Part shown: positions 9,807 through 19,095 of the stretch, piece after piece
How positions within the stretch are numbered: position 1 is the first letter of the stretch
Layout: every line of letters begins with the position of its first letter
Virus record (IMG/VR): IMGVR_UViG_3300037502_000670
Location: 1 to 58,760 of that record
Source: a virus
Taxonomy: Duplodnaviria > Caudoviricetes
Strand: one strand, 5' to 3'
Length of the DNA stretch: 58,760 nucleotides
Translations under genes and position numbers: made by a program
Notes under the pieces: model-generated
What the model was told of the DNA's origin: nothing
What the model saw: only the letters and a program-made list of their open reading frames with translations
Database searches by the model: none

Positions 9807-10755
9807 CGATCAGAGCCGCGATCTCGTCAGCGATGTTGCTGGTGGGTGCAGCCACCTTGGGAGCAGCCTTCGGCTTGGGAGCCGGGGCCGGAGCCGCTTC
9901 AGCGGCGGGAGCAGCCGCAGCAAACCCACGCTTCTTGGCAGCAGGGGCAGGAGCCGGGGCTTCCTCTTCCTCCTCCACGACGGGAGCCGGGGCGGGAGCC
10001 GCCTTCACAAGCTGGGGCTTGGGTGCAGCGATTGCAACGGGAGCGGGCGCAGCAACTTCTTCCCCTGTGATGGCCTTGACTTCGGACGAGCCGAACAGGC
10101 TATCGACCGCTTCCATGGTGGGCTCATCGAGGAAGCCACCGAAACCGAACAGCAGCTTGGGGAAGGACGCATCGGTATCGAACGAGATACGGGTCTTGAC
10201 GATTTCCGGTGCGATACCACGCATCGACAGTTCCTTCTGGTACTGGTTCAGCCCCTTCAGCGCAGCGGGCGTTACCTGCAGCAGGTAGATCGGGCCGGAC
10301 GGATCATCGGCAGCCACCACAGCGAGGCGCTTCTGGTCGGCGCAAGCCTTGATCTTCTGGCCCATCGGCGTGACCTTGGAGCCCCACGCATTGTGCGGGC
10401 AGGTGGCGCAGAGATCATTCTGCGGGTCAGTGCTGTCGGCGCTGGGGCGCACACCATCCAGCGAAAAGCAATCCGGCGCAGCCGGTTCAGCATCCGGCGT
10501 CCACTGCTTGGCATACCAAGTCTTGGACAGGCGGGGATTGGCACCGACGATCACCACGTCGAGGTGGGTATTCGGCAGTACGGTCTCAGCATCGCCGTCC
10601 TTGATACGGAAGCGGGCACCCTTCAGCGAGATACGCGGAATGGCTTCGCCACCACCGATACCACCGGCCATGGACTGTGCCAGTGCGGAGGGCTGGCCGA
10701 CACGCTTGGCGAGGTGAGCCGGAACCTGAATGTTGGTCGGGATAAGATTGCTCAT
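9781..10755 (-). CDS. Putative ssDNA-binding/replication accessory protein
   Basis: PRISLKGARFRI N-terminus, Cys motifs, Ala/Pro linker and acidic C-terminal tail. It lies in the replication module and has an AGGAG RBS. Confidence 0.6.
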   Translation of the reverse strand: MSNLIPTNIQVPAHLAKRVGQPSALAQSMAGGIGGGEAIPRISLKGARFRIKDGDAETVLPNTHLDVVIVGANPRLSKTWYAKQWTPDAEPAAPDCFSLDGVRPSADSTDPQNDLCATCPHNAWGSKVTPMGQKIKACADQKRLAVVAADDPSGPIYLLQVTPAALKGLNQYQKELSMRGIAPEIVKTRISFDTDASFPKLLFGFGGFLDEPTMEAVDSLFGSSEVKAITGEEVAAPAPVAIAAPKPQLVKAAPAPAPVVEEEEEAPAPAPAAKKRGFAAAAPAAEAAPAPAPKPKAAPKVAAPTSNIADEIAALIGETNADDE

Positions 10756-10776
10756 GTTGTTCTCCTGTAATGAGCG

Positions 10777-11067
10777 TTAGTACTTGTTGGTCTTCACAGT
10801 GTAGTCAGTGCCAGCGATCTTGCTGAAGGCACGGTGGGCAACGATCTTCTCAGCCATGTCCCTCTCGTCGGTGCAATAGATCAACCGGACACCGCTGCCG
10901 AGGGTCAAAGAATTGGACTGTCGCCCTGACACACGCAGCAGATACCCGTTGTCGATGCGGTAGGCGACCAGTGCCATCTCCGAACCTTCAAGAACATCAT
11001 GCGCCATGGGGCGCGGTGCTTCTGGGTCAAGGTCAATACCCAGCCACTTGCGTATTGCTCGTTTCAT
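10777..11067 (-). CDS. Hypothetical protein
   Basis: 96-aa ORF with GGAGGAG RBS, abutting the upstream gene. Confidence 0.7.
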   Translation of the reverse strand: MKRAIRKWLGIDLDPEAPRPMAHDVLEGSEMALVAYRIDNGYLLRVSGRQSNSLTLGSGVRLIYCTDERDMAEKIVAHRAFSKIAGTDYTVKTNKY

Positions 11068-11466
11068 TTACTCCTCCTTTGCTGTTGGCTTACGCACGTT
11101 CACTTCAATGCGGGTGCCGTAGTTCACACCCGGTGGCACTGATTTCATCTGGTCGATATATCCACGCACGGCAGTCTTGCTGACGCGCTTCTCGAACATA
11201 TCGAAAGCATCGTTCTGCTTCACGAAGTTGAGCATCGCATCCCAATCCGCCACTGAAGCAAAGTCCACCGTGGTAAGAAACGCTGTGCCGTGCTTTGTCT
11301 TGAACGAGGTGACGCCATTGGCATCAGCCTGTTCCTTGATCCAGCTTTCTAGCTTGTCCATCTTGGCAGTGATCTCACCAGCCTTGGCTTCCGCTTCGGC
11401 TTTGATCTGCCCCTTCTTCTCACGCAGCTTCACATATGCTGCGATAGCATCATCTATGGTAACCAT
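11068..11466 (-). CDS. Conserved phage coiled-coil protein of the SSB/helicase cluster
   Basis: Coiled-coil N-half with GVTSFKTKHGT and DWDA..PPGV motifs. CCAACAGGAGAAGG RBS precedes ATG 11466. Confidence 0.7.
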   Translation of the reverse strand: MVTIDDAIAAYVKLREKKGQIKAEAEAKAGEITAKMDKLESWIKEQADANGVTSFKTKHGTAFLTTVDFASVADWDAMLNFVKQNDAFDMFEKRVSKTAVRGYIDQMKSVPPGVNYGTRIEVNVRKPTAKEE

Positions 11467-11489
11467 AGTTCCTTCTCCTGTTGGCAAAC

Positions 11490-13046
11490 TTATTTATTCA
11501 TTTCTTGCTGGATCAGATCGAGCAGGAGACCCTGCATCTTCTGCTTACCAGCAAGTCTATCGAACACCTTCTTTTCTAGCAGGGTGCTTTGAATGTGGAC
11601 CACGTTTGATACGTGGCGCTTCCCGATACGCTCCACACGTCCATTGGCCTGTGTGTACTGCTCATTGCTTGCAATGGGTCCATACCAAATGACGGTGGAT
11701 GCTGCAGTAAGCGTGAGGCCGTGAGCCATTGTAGCAGGGTGAGCGATGAGTACTTTAGGATCAGCGGCGTGCTGGAAGTTATAGAATATCTGGTCACGAG
11801 CTGATGACGATACCGCGCCATTGACCGTAGCCACAGTCCATTGTTTCGACAGTTCGCGTTCGAGCATTTTGAGCGTGCCCGTGAGCGGCACAAACACGAT
11901 GACTTTACCCCCAGCTTCCTCAATGACTTCTTTAACTGCTGCCACGCGGGGTCCACAGTCGAGTTCAATGTGATTACCGTCTTCGCCATAGGCTACTCCG
12001 CAAGCGATCTGGATCAGCTTCATCATCTTCACGGCTTCGTTGACCGCCGTGATGGTGCCATCGGCACCGCCTGTCTCCGTGATGAGATGCTTCAGCATCT
12101 GCTTGTAATGATGCTCTTGGTCCTTGGTCAGTGGTACCTCACGGGTCTGCAGCACGGTATCAGGCAGATCGAAACACTCATCGCGGGTGAACCTGACTGA
12201 CGGCTGCAGGATATGCTTGACGATCTCTGGTGCATCAGGACGAGCAATGTATTTATACATGCTGATCTTCATCATGACCTGATCTCTGAACGCAGTGTAT
12301 GTCTTCGTGCAGAACGGACTGTCGATCAGCTTCGCCAGAGCCCACGCATCGGTGGGTTCATTCGGTGTCGGCGTGCCTGTCATCAGCCACAGGCGCATCT
12401 TGGGTTCCTTCTCCAGCCACTTGCGGAACGACTTGAACCGCTTGGTCGTGGGGTTCCGCAGCACCGCCGCTTCATCCACGATGATGAGGTCGAACATGCC
12501 ATGCGCTTCCGGCGCGATGATGGGGAAGCCATCATGGTTGATGACGTAGAAGTCTGCGTTCTGGCGCAGCAGTTTCTTTCTGCGCTCGGCTGTGCCGTGC
12601 AGCACCACTGCCCTGCGATGGGTCAGGTTCATGTAGACAGCGTCACCCCAGACGCGCTCCAGTGTGGAGAGCGGCGACATGATGAGCACCTTGCTCACGG
12701 CACCTGTCTCGATCAGGTAGTCTGCCGCCCACAGGGCGCTCTGGGTTTTGCCAGTGCCGATCTCGTTGAGTACCAGTCCCTTGCGGTTGACCGTGAGGAA
12801 GGCAGCCGTGTCCTGTTGGTGCTGGTATGGCTTGAACCGACCCGGCCAGTCGTAGTGGTAGAGGATGGGCGAGGGTGCGCCGATACCCAGATTGTTAAGG
12901 GCCTCGACTTCCTCGACCTTGTGGGGTGTGACCACCACCTCCTGCCCACGTATGTTTACACGCTGCGCCGTGGGGATGCTGGCAAGCACCCGCTCCGGGT
13001 TGTTAAGTTTGAGAGCCAGCGCCTTGGCGGATGGAAGCACCAGCAT
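11490..13046 (-). CDS. SNF2-family (SF2) helicase
   Basis: EIGTGKT, IIVDEA, MTGTP, HGLTL and QANGRVERIG motifs. Confidence 0.9.
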   Translation of the reverse strand: MLVLPSAKALALKLNNPERVLASIPTAQRVNIRGQEVVVTPHKVEEVEALNNLGIGAPSPILYHYDWPGRFKPYQHQQDTAAFLTVNRKGLVLNEIGTGKTQSALWAADYLIETGAVSKVLIMSPLSTLERVWGDAVYMNLTHRRAVVLHGTAERRKKLLRQNADFYVINHDGFPIIAPEAHGMFDLIIVDEAAVLRNPTTKRFKSFRKWLEKEPKMRLWLMTGTPTPNEPTDAWALAKLIDSPFCTKTYTAFRDQVMMKISMYKYIARPDAPEIVKHILQPSVRFTRDECFDLPDTVLQTREVPLTKDQEHHYKQMLKHLITETGGADGTITAVNEAVKMMKLIQIACGVAYGEDGNHIELDCGPRVAAVKEVIEEAGGKVIVFVPLTGTLKMLERELSKQWTVATVNGAVSSSARDQIFYNFQHAADPKVLIAHPATMAHGLTLTAASTVIWYGPIASNEQYTQANGRVERIGKRHVSNVVHIQSTLLEKKVFDRLAGKQKMQGLLLDLIQQEMNK

Positions 13047-13351
13047 CAGGCCACCATTACCTTGAGTGCGTTACGCAGGACGGACAGGCTCTCCTCGCTG
13101 TCCACCACAAAGCAGGACGCGCCAGCGGCCATCATCTCCTTCATGGTCTTCTCCTGTAAAGCGGTGACGCCGCGCTTGGCACCCGGCGCTTTCACTTCGA
13201 TACCAACCATGCGCCCGTCCACACAGGCGATCCGATCAGGGATACCAGACCGGCCATAGATGCCCGACTGAGGGGCAAAGAACCACACACCTGCTTCCTT
13301 CAGCACCGCGTCCACCTTTTTCTTCATCTTTGCTTCGGGGGTACTCACCAT
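13046..13351 (-). CDS. VRR-NUC domain nuclease (putative resolvase)
   Basis: TPEAKMK, GIPDRI and IEVKAPG...TALQ motifs. Confidence 0.85.
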   Translation of the reverse strand: MVSTPEAKMKKKVDAVLKEAGVWFFAPQSGIYGRSGIPDRIACVDGRMVGIEVKAPGAKRGVTALQEKTMKEMMAAGASCFVVDSEESLSVLRNALKVMVA

Positions 13352-13376
13352 AGCATATCCTTTACAGTTCTGTCAA
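13347..13376 (-). promoter_or_regulatory. Putative sigma70-type promoter with a TGTAAA box in the spacer
   Basis: Minus strand reads TTGACA-gaacTGTAAAggatatgc-TATGGT (18-nt spacer). Confidence 0.4.
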
Positions 13377-14047
13377 GTAGCAAAGTCGCACAGGTGCCGC
13401 GCCGGGCAAAATTTACACAGGCCGCTGGGTTTGGCGGGCCAGTCGTCGCTATGTAAACTTCTTTCTATGCGACTGACCTTGTTTAACAGGTTGCTCCACA
13501 GTTCACCGACATTGTTCCGGTTGTAGGTATTCCGGTCGATGGCTTGGTCCTTCAGCCAGATGAACCCACTGCTCACCTCGTCCACGTCCTTGTGGTGAGC
13601 GAAGACCTGTAAAGCGAACAGTTCCAACTGGTCGAAGTCCGGGCGGCGCTTGCCTGTCTTCCAGTCCAGCACGATAGCCCGCTTGCCCTTGAGCACCAGC
13701 ACGTCCAGCTTCGACCGCATCCACGCATCATCCGCCCACCAGCCAGTGGGCTTCAGCTTGCGGTTCAGCGTCATCTCCTGCTCGACCATGAGCGTACCGC
13801 TGCCAGCGGAACGCAGGACAGCATCGACCAGTGGGGCGTAGGTCGCCGCCTCGGGCGGCAAGTCCTTGTCGTCACGCAGCCGCTCCTCCAGCATCTTGTG
13901 CAGCCGCTCCCCATAGAGGGTAGCCTCGCCGCCGGGATCAGTGACCTGCTTGGCGATGCGCTGGTGGTAATATCTTTTAGGGCAATTGTCGTACATCTTG
14001 ATCGAAGAGTACGAGTGCGTCAGCACAACCTCTTTGGTGTCAGTCAC
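13373..14047 (-). CDS. PD-(D/E)XK / Cas4-like exonuclease
   Basis: SYSS..CPKRY, KLD, DWKTGK and QLELFAL motifs, with C-terminal CKFC...C. Confidence 0.85.
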   Translation of the reverse strand: MTDTKEVVLTHSYSSIKMYDNCPKRYYHQRIAKQVTDPGGEATLYGERLHKMLEERLRDDKDLPPEAATYAPLVDAVLRSAGSGTLMVEQEMTLNRKLKPTGWWADDAWMRSKLDVLVLKGKRAIVLDWKTGKRRPDFDQLELFALQVFAHHKDVDEVSSGFIWLKDQAIDRNTYNRNNVGELWSNLLNKVSRIERSLHSDDWPAKPSGLCKFCPARHLCDFAT

Positions 14048-14166
14048 TTCTCACCTCTCAGTGCGCGGACCAGATTGACCATGCGTTCCCACTCCTCGCT
14101 CTCGCGGAGAGCATCCAACTTGGCGGCTTTGCCCCATTCCTTCAGCATAAGTTTCAGCTTCTTCAT
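14044..14166 (-). CDS. Small hypothetical protein (40 aa)
   Basis: MKKLKLMLKEWGK...; stop/start overlaps with both neighbours. Confidence 0.5.
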   Translation of the reverse strand: MKKLKLMLKEWGKAAKLDALRESEEWERMVNLVRALRGEK

Positions 14167-14468
14167 TTGCAGCGATACCTCTTGTTTCCATTCTTCGTAT
14201 ACCACACGGGGGTCTTGGAGCCGCAGCGGTGCGATACTTTCTTTGTCGGTTTCTTATACGGGTTCTTCTGCTTCGCCTCGGCTTCCATCAACTTGTCCAC
14301 AGTCGGTGGCACCCTCGCCTGTTCCTTTGACATGGGCGGCAGCTTGTGCGGATCGAACGGACACTTGTAGACAACTGTCTCCTGCACATCAGGACGATGA
14401 TCCATCTCGCTGACACATGGCTGCGACATGAGGATGCTGATCACATAGCTTGCTGATAGAAACGACAT
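14163..14468 (-). CDS. Hypothetical protein with basic C-terminus
   Basis: Start overlaps the dCMP deaminase stop (TGATG); MSFLSASYVIS...KRYRCK. Confidence 0.55.
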   Translation of the reverse strand: MSFLSASYVISILMSQPCVSEMDHRPDVQETVVYKCPFDPHKLPPMSKEQARVPPTVDKLMEAEAKQKNPYKKPTKKVSHRCGSKTPVWYTKNGNKRYRCK

Positions 14469-14908
14469 CACGCATCCTCCATCGCTACGAGTGCCAGCAC
14501 ACCGGCTTCGCGGAACATCTGCTTGGCAACAGTGAACTCCTCCTCTGGCATACTGGTCGTGCCGTTGCCGACATAGACCGTGACGATACCAGCTTGGATC
14601 AACGTCCTTGCACAGCGGGCACACGGCATGTGTGTGACATAGGCAGTGCCACCTCTGAGGCGGGCACCGACCCGTGCTGCTTGGGCAACCGCGTTCTCCT
14701 CGGCATGGCTTGTCCAAAGATATTTGGCTGGGCGTTCCATCCGCTCGGGCAGATCATCCACACCGGACGGGATACCGTTGTAGCCCGTGGATACCACGAC
14801 CTTATCCTCGCTGACGATGACGCACCCCACCTTGGTGCTCGGGTCTTTCGACCGTGATGCCACGACCACGGCCATCTCCATGAAGTAATCCTGCCATGAC
14901 TTTCTCAT
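14468..14908 (-). CDS. dCMP deaminase
   Basis: SKDPSTKVG, GYNG, HAEENA and PCARC zinc-deaminase motifs. Confidence 0.92.
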   Translation of the reverse strand: MRKSWQDYFMEMAVVVASRSKDPSTKVGCVIVSEDKVVVSTGYNGIPSGVDDLPERMERPAKYLWTSHAEENAVAQAARVGARLRGGTAYVTHMPCARCARTLIQAGIVTVYVGNGTTSMPEEEFTVAKQMFREAGVLALVAMEDA

Positions 14909-15051
14909 TTGCTTTGGTCTTCCTCATCGGTGTGCCACTCGGCATGTGTCGATCTACACTGTAGGCACTTGTATGTTGTCGATGTACGCTTCGGTCCCTT
15001 GCGAAAGCGTATGACCTTCAGTTCGCCACCACACTTGTCGCACTTGGTCAT
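14905..15051 (-). CDS. Small zinc-ribbon protein (48 aa)
   Basis: MTKCDKCGG...YKCLQC; ATGA overlap with the deaminase gene. Confidence 0.55.
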   Translation of the reverse strand: MTKCDKCGGELKVIRFRKGPKRTSTTYKCLQCRSTHAEWHTDEEDQSK

Positions 15052-15204
15052 GTGTCGTGGTCCTTCTCATCTGTAAGGCAGAGTTCACGCAGCACTTCCA
15101 CCATCCGCGACGGGGGCCACGACACCTCGTCAGTCACCGGATCACGCTTGATGTGATGAGCATCCGCCATGCGCTGTGCGTCAGGCGGTGGTCCCTTGGT
15201 ATCG

Positions 15205-17076
15205 CTATTTACAATCCGCATAGTTCACTCCCATGTTGGCTTCACAATTCACAGGTAAGTCCGGTGCCCACACCGGAGGCGTACGCATCACGTCCTCCAC
15301 GAATGCCTTGGCTTCCTCTGCCTCGGCTTCATCCACCATGCACACCACCTCGTCGTGTACCTGCAACACGACCTTGTAACGCTGACCAATGCGAACCATC
15401 TGGTCGCACACGACGATACGAGCGAGAGCTTGGACGATGTTCTCCGTCATCTTGCCCCCGTAGATATATGTCCAGCCGTCGAACTCCTCGCCTGTCAGCT
15501 TGGCCTTGGTTGCGGCCAGCATGGCGCGGCTATCACCGACGAACTTGAACCCCTCCAACGTACGGTTCAGCAACGGGTAATGCAGTCGTAGACCATTAGG
15601 CAGACCAACATGGTCCTGCCCGAACGTGACACCCGGCCTGATCTCACCGCTCTCACCCATGACCATGCGCCCCAGTGCCCAGCCACATCGGTCCCATAGC
15701 GCCTGTATCATGGGATACTTGCTGCGGTAGACACCAACGATGGACTTGGCTTCTTCCTCGGTGAGATCGACCTTCATGCCGCCAGCGCCTAGTGACAGTG
15801 TAGTCTGGAACTTGATCCACCCCATGCCATAACCAAGCCCAAGCACAGCGGTCTTGCCAACGTGACGCTCCAGCTTCTCGGCCTTGGTAATCTTGCGACC
15901 ATACACATCAGTGGCAAACTCACAGTATACATCGCGTCCCTCGCGGAACGAATGCAACAGGCTTGCCTGTCCTGCCAGCCACGCCACGATGCGGGCTTCG
16001 ATCTGAGCACTGTCACATGCCAGAAGAAGTTTCCCTGCGGGAGCACACAGCGCACGGCGAAGCGTGCCGCCACGAGGCAGGTTCTGAAGGTTCATCTTGT
16101 CGCCACCAGAGAAGCGCCCGGTGTGAGCACCGTAGTAGTTGAGCATGATTGGCAGAGGCCCGCGCTCTGCCACCCCCATAAGCGCAGCGGTTCGCGTTTC
16201 CTCCAATGTGGATTTCACGCCAAGGCGGGCACCGACTATCGCTTGCACTCGGGTATCAGGATGTTCCAGTAACTTGGTAAACGCTGCGTCTGTCTTGCTA
16301 AAGGCAAAGGTTGAATTGCCAGTAGTCTTGCTGGTCTTCTTGGGTGGCTCGACACCCAGTGCGCTCAGTACATTTGCCAGCTTGTCGTTGCTCATCAGCT
16401 TGGACTTGATCTCTTCCTCGGTATCGCCAAGCCACGACAGTTCTTCCATGAGCAAGGACTTCTTGTTAACCACGTCAGTGTGGTGCTGAAGCAGCAACAT
16501 CTTGTCGAGCGTGATGGTCGGCTCTGTGTACATCCTGATAGTCTGGTCGATCAGCAGCAACTCGTTGGTGGGAAACTTGCCCTTGAGCTTCTGGAAAAGC
16601 TGGTAGGTCAGGTCCACATCGTTCAAACAGTACGCACCGTAGCGGTTCATCTCGTCGGCTGTGAAGTCAGCACGCCGCTTGCCAAGAGCATGGATCACTT
16701 CCTCGCCCTTCTCACCCAGCTTGTAGTAGCTGGCGAGTTTCTTCAGCGAACCGCCCACAGTTATGTTGTGCCATGGGCGTGCCATCGACAGCGTGTCGAG
16801 CCATAGCCTCGGCTTGATACCGAAATGCCACGACAGGATAGCGCCATCGAACACGGTGTTATGGCAGAGGATAGCCCGCTTGCTGTAGTCCAGCGACTTG
16901 AGAAACCGTCCGGGGTCACTGCCACTGTACCAGTCAGCAGGCTGGTCGTTCACCTTCACGCCCACACCGATCACTTCAAAGCGAGGATCACGGATATAGG
17001 CTTCGGTCGTCATCTTCGACAGGGAGAACTCCTTGTCGTAATAAGTTTCTAGGTCTATCGTTACAATGTCCATCAT
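15205..17076 (-). CDS. polA: Family A DNA polymerase with 3'-5' exonuclease, Leu762 type
   Basis: Exo I IDLETY, HTGRFSG, motif A DSAQIEAR, motif B KTAVLGLGYG and motif C VHDE. Likely start ATG 17076. Confidence 0.93.
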   Translation of the reverse strand: MMDIVTIDLETYYDKEFSLSKMTTEAYIRDPRFEVIGVGVKVNDQPADWYSGSDPGRFLKSLDYSKRAILCHNTVFDGAILSWHFGIKPRLWLDTLSMARPWHNITVGGSLKKLASYYKLGEKGEEVIHALGKRRADFTADEMNRYGAYCLNDVDLTYQLFQKLKGKFPTNELLLIDQTIRMYTEPTITLDKMLLLQHHTDVVNKKSLLMEELSWLGDTEEEIKSKLMSNDKLANVLSALGVEPPKKTSKTTGNSTFAFSKTDAAFTKLLEHPDTRVQAIVGARLGVKSTLEETRTAALMGVAERGPLPIMLNYYGAHTGRFSGGDKMNLQNLPRGGTLRRALCAPAGKLLLACDSAQIEARIVAWLAGQASLLHSFREGRDVYCEFATDVYGRKITKAEKLERHVGKTAVLGLGYGMGWIKFQTTLSLGAGGMKVDLTEEEAKSIVGVYRSKYPMIQALWDRCGWALGRMVMGESGEIRPGVTFGQDHVGLPNGLRLHYPLLNRTLEGFKFVGDSRAMLAATKAKLTGEEFDGWTYIYGGKMTENIVQALARIVVCDQMVRIGQRYKVVLQVHDEVVCMVDEAEAEEAKAFVEDVMRTPPVWAPDLPVNCEANMGVNYADCK

Positions 17077-17186
17077 AGAAACACCCACATTGCAAATGCG
17101 CCAATCCCCATGCCAAGCAGCAGAAACGTGCCAGCAAAGAACAGGCACAACCAGAACAACTCTTTGTCAGATAATGATGGTACCAT
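17073..17186 (-). CDS. Small membrane protein (37 aa)
   Basis: LFWLCLFFAGTFLLLGMGIGAFAMWVFL hydrophobic stretch; ACAGGAGAG RBS; coupled to polA. Confidence 0.55.
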   Translation of the reverse strand: MVPSLSDKELFWLCLFFAGTFLLLGMGIGAFAMWVFL

Positions 17187-17347
17187 CAGGGTTTCTCTCC
17201 TGTAATAATGCGATACCTGTGCCGCAGCATTTGATAATCCATTCTAACGTCGGACAGTTTCCAAGACATAACCACATAGACAACGCCACCAGCCGTCCAA
17301 CCGGCAGATATGCAGTACCAGAGTACTTCCCAGATTGAGAACGTCAT
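17186..17347 (-). CDS. Small membrane protein (53 aa)
   Basis: MTFSIWEVLWYCISAGWTAGGVVYVVMSW; overlapping start/stop codons. Confidence 0.5.
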   Translation of the reverse strand: MTFSIWEVLWYCISAGWTAGGVVYVVMSWKLSDVRMDYQMLRHRYRIITGEKP

Positions 17348-17451
17348 GTATCCTCATCCCGATCTTTGCCAAGGTGTGGCAGTGGAACAATAGTTAAACA
17401 GATCACAAGCCACAGAAATATACTTACGAGCAGTGCAATATCTTCACTCAT
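17344..17451 (-). CDS. Small membrane protein (35 aa)
   Basis: IALLVSIFLWLVICLTIVPL; GGAGG RBS; ATGA overlaps. Confidence 0.55.
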   Translation of the reverse strand: MSEDIALLVSIFLWLVICLTIVPLPHLGKDRDEDT

Positions 17452-17654
17452 GCGTCCTCCCGCATTGCACGTTTCAGATCAGCCAGCAGCCATGTCGGCC
17501 AGAAGCTACTCCGTGGTGAGACAGAGGCGGTGATGGACGCAGTGCGTCCACCCCGCTCGACTGTGATGTGAAAGTGTTTGGCCTGTGTTACATCGAGAAC
17601 CTTGTAGCCCGCATCTTCACAGACTTTAAGGACTTGTCGTCTGGTTATTGCCAC
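17448..17654 (-). CDS. Small protein with HicA-like pattern
   Basis: TRRQVLKVCEDAGYKVLDVTQAKHFHI. GTG start inferred. Confidence 0.45.
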   Translation of the reverse strand: MAITRRQVLKVCEDAGYKVLDVTQAKHFHITVERGGRTASITASVSPRSSFWPTWLLADLKRAMREDA

Positions 17655-17895
17655 GACCAACCCCCATACGTTTCTGTGCGGCATACGCCACGTCGAATTG
17701 TTCAAGCAAAGCAGGATGATTAACCTGTAGAAAGGTTCGCATCGCCGCGTACTCTGCCTGAAGCTTAATAAGATCAGCAACGCTCTGCGCTTGGGGACTA
17801 CCCTTCAACGCATTTGACAAAGGTTCATAGTAAGCAGGGTCTGCTGTCCACCCCGGACTGATCCCAGTGGTATTGGCGTAGATGTTAGGTGCCAT
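17626..17895 (-). CDS. Hypothetical protein
   Basis: MAPNIYANTTG... ORF filling the operon; start inferred. Confidence 0.5.
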   Translation of the reverse strand: MAPNIYANTTGISPGWTADPAYYEPLSNALKGSPQAQSVADLIKLQAEYAAMRTFLQVNHPALLEQFDVAYAAQKRMGVGRGNNQTTSP

Positions 17896-18370
17896 AGGGT
17901 CTGTCATCCTTGCCAGTGGAGCGACCATAGTACTCAAGCAGGAACAGGATGCAGCACCCGGCATGGGCCAGATGAGACAGGCCCGTCTCAGGATCACGAT
18001 CCTCACCACGCCACCATGCCCACATGTGGCGCATCAAGGCAGAGAAGGGACGCGACCATGCCATGCCCTTCTCCCAGTTGCGGTCGCCATACTTGGCAGC
18101 ACCGAACTCAAGGACCAGCACGATCTGCCTTAACGCATCCGGCGGCAGCAGATGCCACGGTGCCTTGTCAGTATCATCCTTGCGTCCCTCCATGGGAGGA
18201 AACAACAGCGGCGACTTGTTACGCTTGCCAATAAGTTTCTTGGCGATGTACTGTGTCACGCCTGTGTTCTTGGCTACGTTGTATGCTGAAGCTTCTGGAA
18301 AGGTTGCGATATAATCTTCGGCAACCTTAATTCGTGACGTATCACGCTCCCATGCAGTTGTACGTTTCAT
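17885..18370 (-). CDS. dATP/dGTP diphosphohydrolase-like (DUF5664-type) domain fused to an N-terminal HTH-like segment
   Basis: GRKDDTDK..WHLLP..FGAAKYGDRNWEKG..ALMRH..DPETGLSHLAHA signature; N-terminal SAYNVAKNTGVTQYIA. Confidence 0.8.
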   Translation of the reverse strand: MKRTTAWERDTSRIKVAEDYIATFPEASAYNVAKNTGVTQYIAKKLIGKRNKSPLLFPPMEGRKDDTDKAPWHLLPPDALRQIVLVLEFGAAKYGDRNWEKGMAWSRPFSALMRHMWAWWRGEDRDPETGLSHLAHAGCCILFLLEYYGRSTGKDDRPYGT

Positions 18371-18585
18371 TTCTTCCTCGCTGAGATGGGTTGCTCCAAC
18401 AGGTGAGGCATGGGCTCGTGGTACACCACACGATGGCCCTGCACTTCCCATGGATTGTACTGGCCCTGCTTCTGCCGTCGCTTGTAGTGGTCGACCCCCA
18501 TGCGGACCATGAGTGCGAGACAACCACCGACAATGGCCGACAGGCCCATGAGTGTGTAGATATAAAGCTGAACGTCACTGCTCAT
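18367..18585 (-). CDS. Small membrane-anchored protein
   Basis: N-terminal hydrophobic helix; GAGGAGG RBS. Confidence 0.6.
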   Translation of the reverse strand: MSSDVQLYIYTLMGLSAIVGGCLALMVRMGVDHYKRRQKQGQYNPWEVQGHRVVYHEPMPHLLEQPISARKK

Positions 18586-18817
18586 CGAAAACCTCCTCGT
18601 TCTTCACGGGCACCTCCGGTGCGGCATAACCGACAGTGGCACCGATCATAGTCTCCAGTGCGCGGCGACGAGCGTTGAACTCCTCGGTGATCTGCGCCTT
18701 GCGCTCGTTAATGCGGGCAATGTCTTCATCAAGACGTGCCAAGATATTGGCAAGGCACTGGTCGGACATGCTGATCTCATGCTCGACACCATTCACGATG
18801 GACAATAGGCTAGTCAT
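18575..18817 (-). CDS. Coiled-coil hypothetical protein
   Basis: MTSLLSIVNG...; AAGGAG RBS; ATGA overlap. Confidence 0.55.
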   Translation of the reverse strand: MTSLLSIVNGVEHEISMSDQCLANILARLDEDIARINERKAQITEEFNARRRALETMIGATVGYAAPEVPVKNEEVFDEQ

Positions 18818-19059
18818 TCGTCTTTCTCCTTCACTGTTAGCTTGTAACCAAGTGCATTTATAACGGCTTCTAATTCCATAATGCGGGGGGAGCGAACTCC
18901 CACCCGCCACTTGCGCATGGCACTGGACGAGACACCCGAACGCTTGGCAACATCCTCCTGCGAGGCGAGTTGCTTGTTCATCTGTTTCCACATCCAGCGC
19001 ACCAGAGGGTGTACTGCCATCCCCTTACGGGGCTCTTTCTGCTTCTGATAATTCCTCAT
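18814..19059 (-). CDS. XRE-family HTH regulator
   Basis: SQEDVAKRSGVSSSAMRKWRVG...ALGYKL. Confidence 0.8.
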   Translation of the reverse strand: MRNYQKQKEPRKGMAVHPLVRWMWKQMNKQLASQEDVAKRSGVSSSAMRKWRVGVRSPRIMELEAVINALGYKLTVKEKDE

Positions 19060-19095
19060 GACAGGGACGAGCGTACCTGAGATGAATGTCCCTGT

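Noticed and set aside
17077-17148. N-terminal extension of PolA in the ORF track
   Set aside because: It overlaps the 37-aa membrane ORF, and the exonuclease motif begins right after ATG 17076.
17885-18370. Z-genome (2-aminoadenine) pathway
   Set aside because: No PurZ-like or HD-domain dATPase gene was recognised; the diphosphohydrolase-like domain alone is insufficient.
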